Assembly: GCA_002269645.1 (NCBI GenBank)
Contig: NIVC01004395.1
Span: 1-47,342, forward strand
Source: Macrostomum lignano
Taxonomy: Eukaryota
Direction of reading: 5' to 3'
DNA: 47,342 nt
In this document: in pieces, positions 46,543 to 47,342 of the stretch
Numbering within the stretch: position 1 is the stretch's first letter
Layout of the letters: each line of letters starts with the position of its first letter
Notes under the pieces: generated by a model
Databases searched by the model: none
Told to the model about the DNA's origin: nothing
What the model saw: only the letters and a program-made list of their open reading frames with translations
Position numbers and translations under genes: made by a program

Positions 46543-47342
46543 ATGCTTAGGAAGCAGTTGAAGCCCGGCGGCCGAGGGAGCAGCGGCGGTGTCGGCGGCG
46601 GCCTCGGCGACAGCGGCGGCTGGTGGCGACTGTGCCAGCGGAAGATTGCCGCGGCGTGCCGGCCGAAGGTCATTGCTAGGTTGGTTTGTTGATTTTTTGT
46701 TGATTTTAAATCAGTGGGGTGCTTTAAGTAAACTTTAAGTCGCATTAGTATTTGACACCTTGGAATTGATTAGAGTGCAGCAGATTGGACTAAGAGTGCA
46801 GTAGATTGGACTAAGAGTGCAGTAGATTGGACTAAGAGTGCAGTAGATTGGACTAAGAGTGCAGTAGATTGGACTAAGAGTGCAGTAGATTGGACTAAGA
46901 GTGCAGTAGATTGGACTGAGAGTGCAGTAGATTGGACTGAGAGTGCAGTAGATTGGACTGAGAGTGCAGTAGATTGGACTGAGAGTGCAGTAGATTGGAC
47001 TGAGAGTGCAGTAGATTGGACTGAGAGTGCAGTAGATTGGACTAAGAGTGCAGTAGATTGGACTAAGAGTGCAGTAGATTGGACTAAGAGTGCAGTAGAT
47101 TGGACTAAGAGTGCAGTAGATTGGACTAAGAGTGCAGTAGATTGGACTAAGAGTGCAGTAGATTGGACTAGATTGTGGTAGATTTGAACAGTCGAACAAG
47201 CCAATAACGACAACAAAAATCAACCAACTAACTCAACTCCGGACCAGATTCCTAGGCGCAGTTCTGGTCGCCGCCCTCGTTATCCTGCTGGTCAGCAAGG
47301 GCCTGAGCCAACGACGTCGTGGTGGCGCCTGCCGCTGCGCCA
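46543..47342 (+). CDS. 5' part of a probable type II membrane protein; exons 46543-46679 and 47248 to beyond the window end
   Basis: MLRKQLKPGGRG...RPKVIA, phase-2 donor AG|GTTGGT, acceptor accag|A. Continues RFLGAVLVAALVILLVSKGLSQRRRGG: basic N-terminus plus one hydrophobic helix. Family not identifiable. Confidence 0.6.
46780..47170. repeat. 21-bp minisatellite, about 18 copies, intronic
   Basis: Unit gattggactaagagtgcagta. Confidence 0.95.

Noticed and set aside
41570-47223. Repeat ORFs in the kinase introns and at 44494-44916 and 46735-47223
   Set aside because: All coincide with intronic tandem repeats, and flanking splice sites exclude them

Overview
Eukaryotic (animal) genomic DNA. 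GC-rich exons are separated by introns and spacers packed with minisatellites and small transposons. The overall style resembles a free-living flatworm such as Macrostomum, but this is an inference and was not verified. Genes reconstructed by hand from splice sites: the last exon of an RNA-ligase-like nucleotidyltransferase; an intronless profilin-4-like gene; two tandem small ankyrin-repeat genes, each with a separate micro-exon encoding a signal-peptide-like leader; a 4-exon GTPBP2; a 6-exon kintoun/DNAAF2; a large TRP channel gene joining about 13-14 ankyrin repeats to a TRPM-type MHR4/pore/TRP-box module, broken by three frameshifts; a 5-exon CK1/TTBK-family pseudokinase; and the start of a type II membrane protein. 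Mobile DNA includes a Tc1 derivative nested in an 8-bp-TSD MITE whose empty-site paralogue is also in the window, a full-length tRNA-derived SINE with a 13-bp TSD, Helitron-like ends, a foldback element, further MITEs and a Gypsy-like gag remnant. The most notable observations are the ankyrin-TRPM chimera, the putatively secreted ankyrin pair, and introns built almost entirely from tandem repeats carrying splice-site motifs (CAG|GTGAG arrays and more than 100 decoy acceptors). No rRNA, true tRNA or CRISPR array was found.
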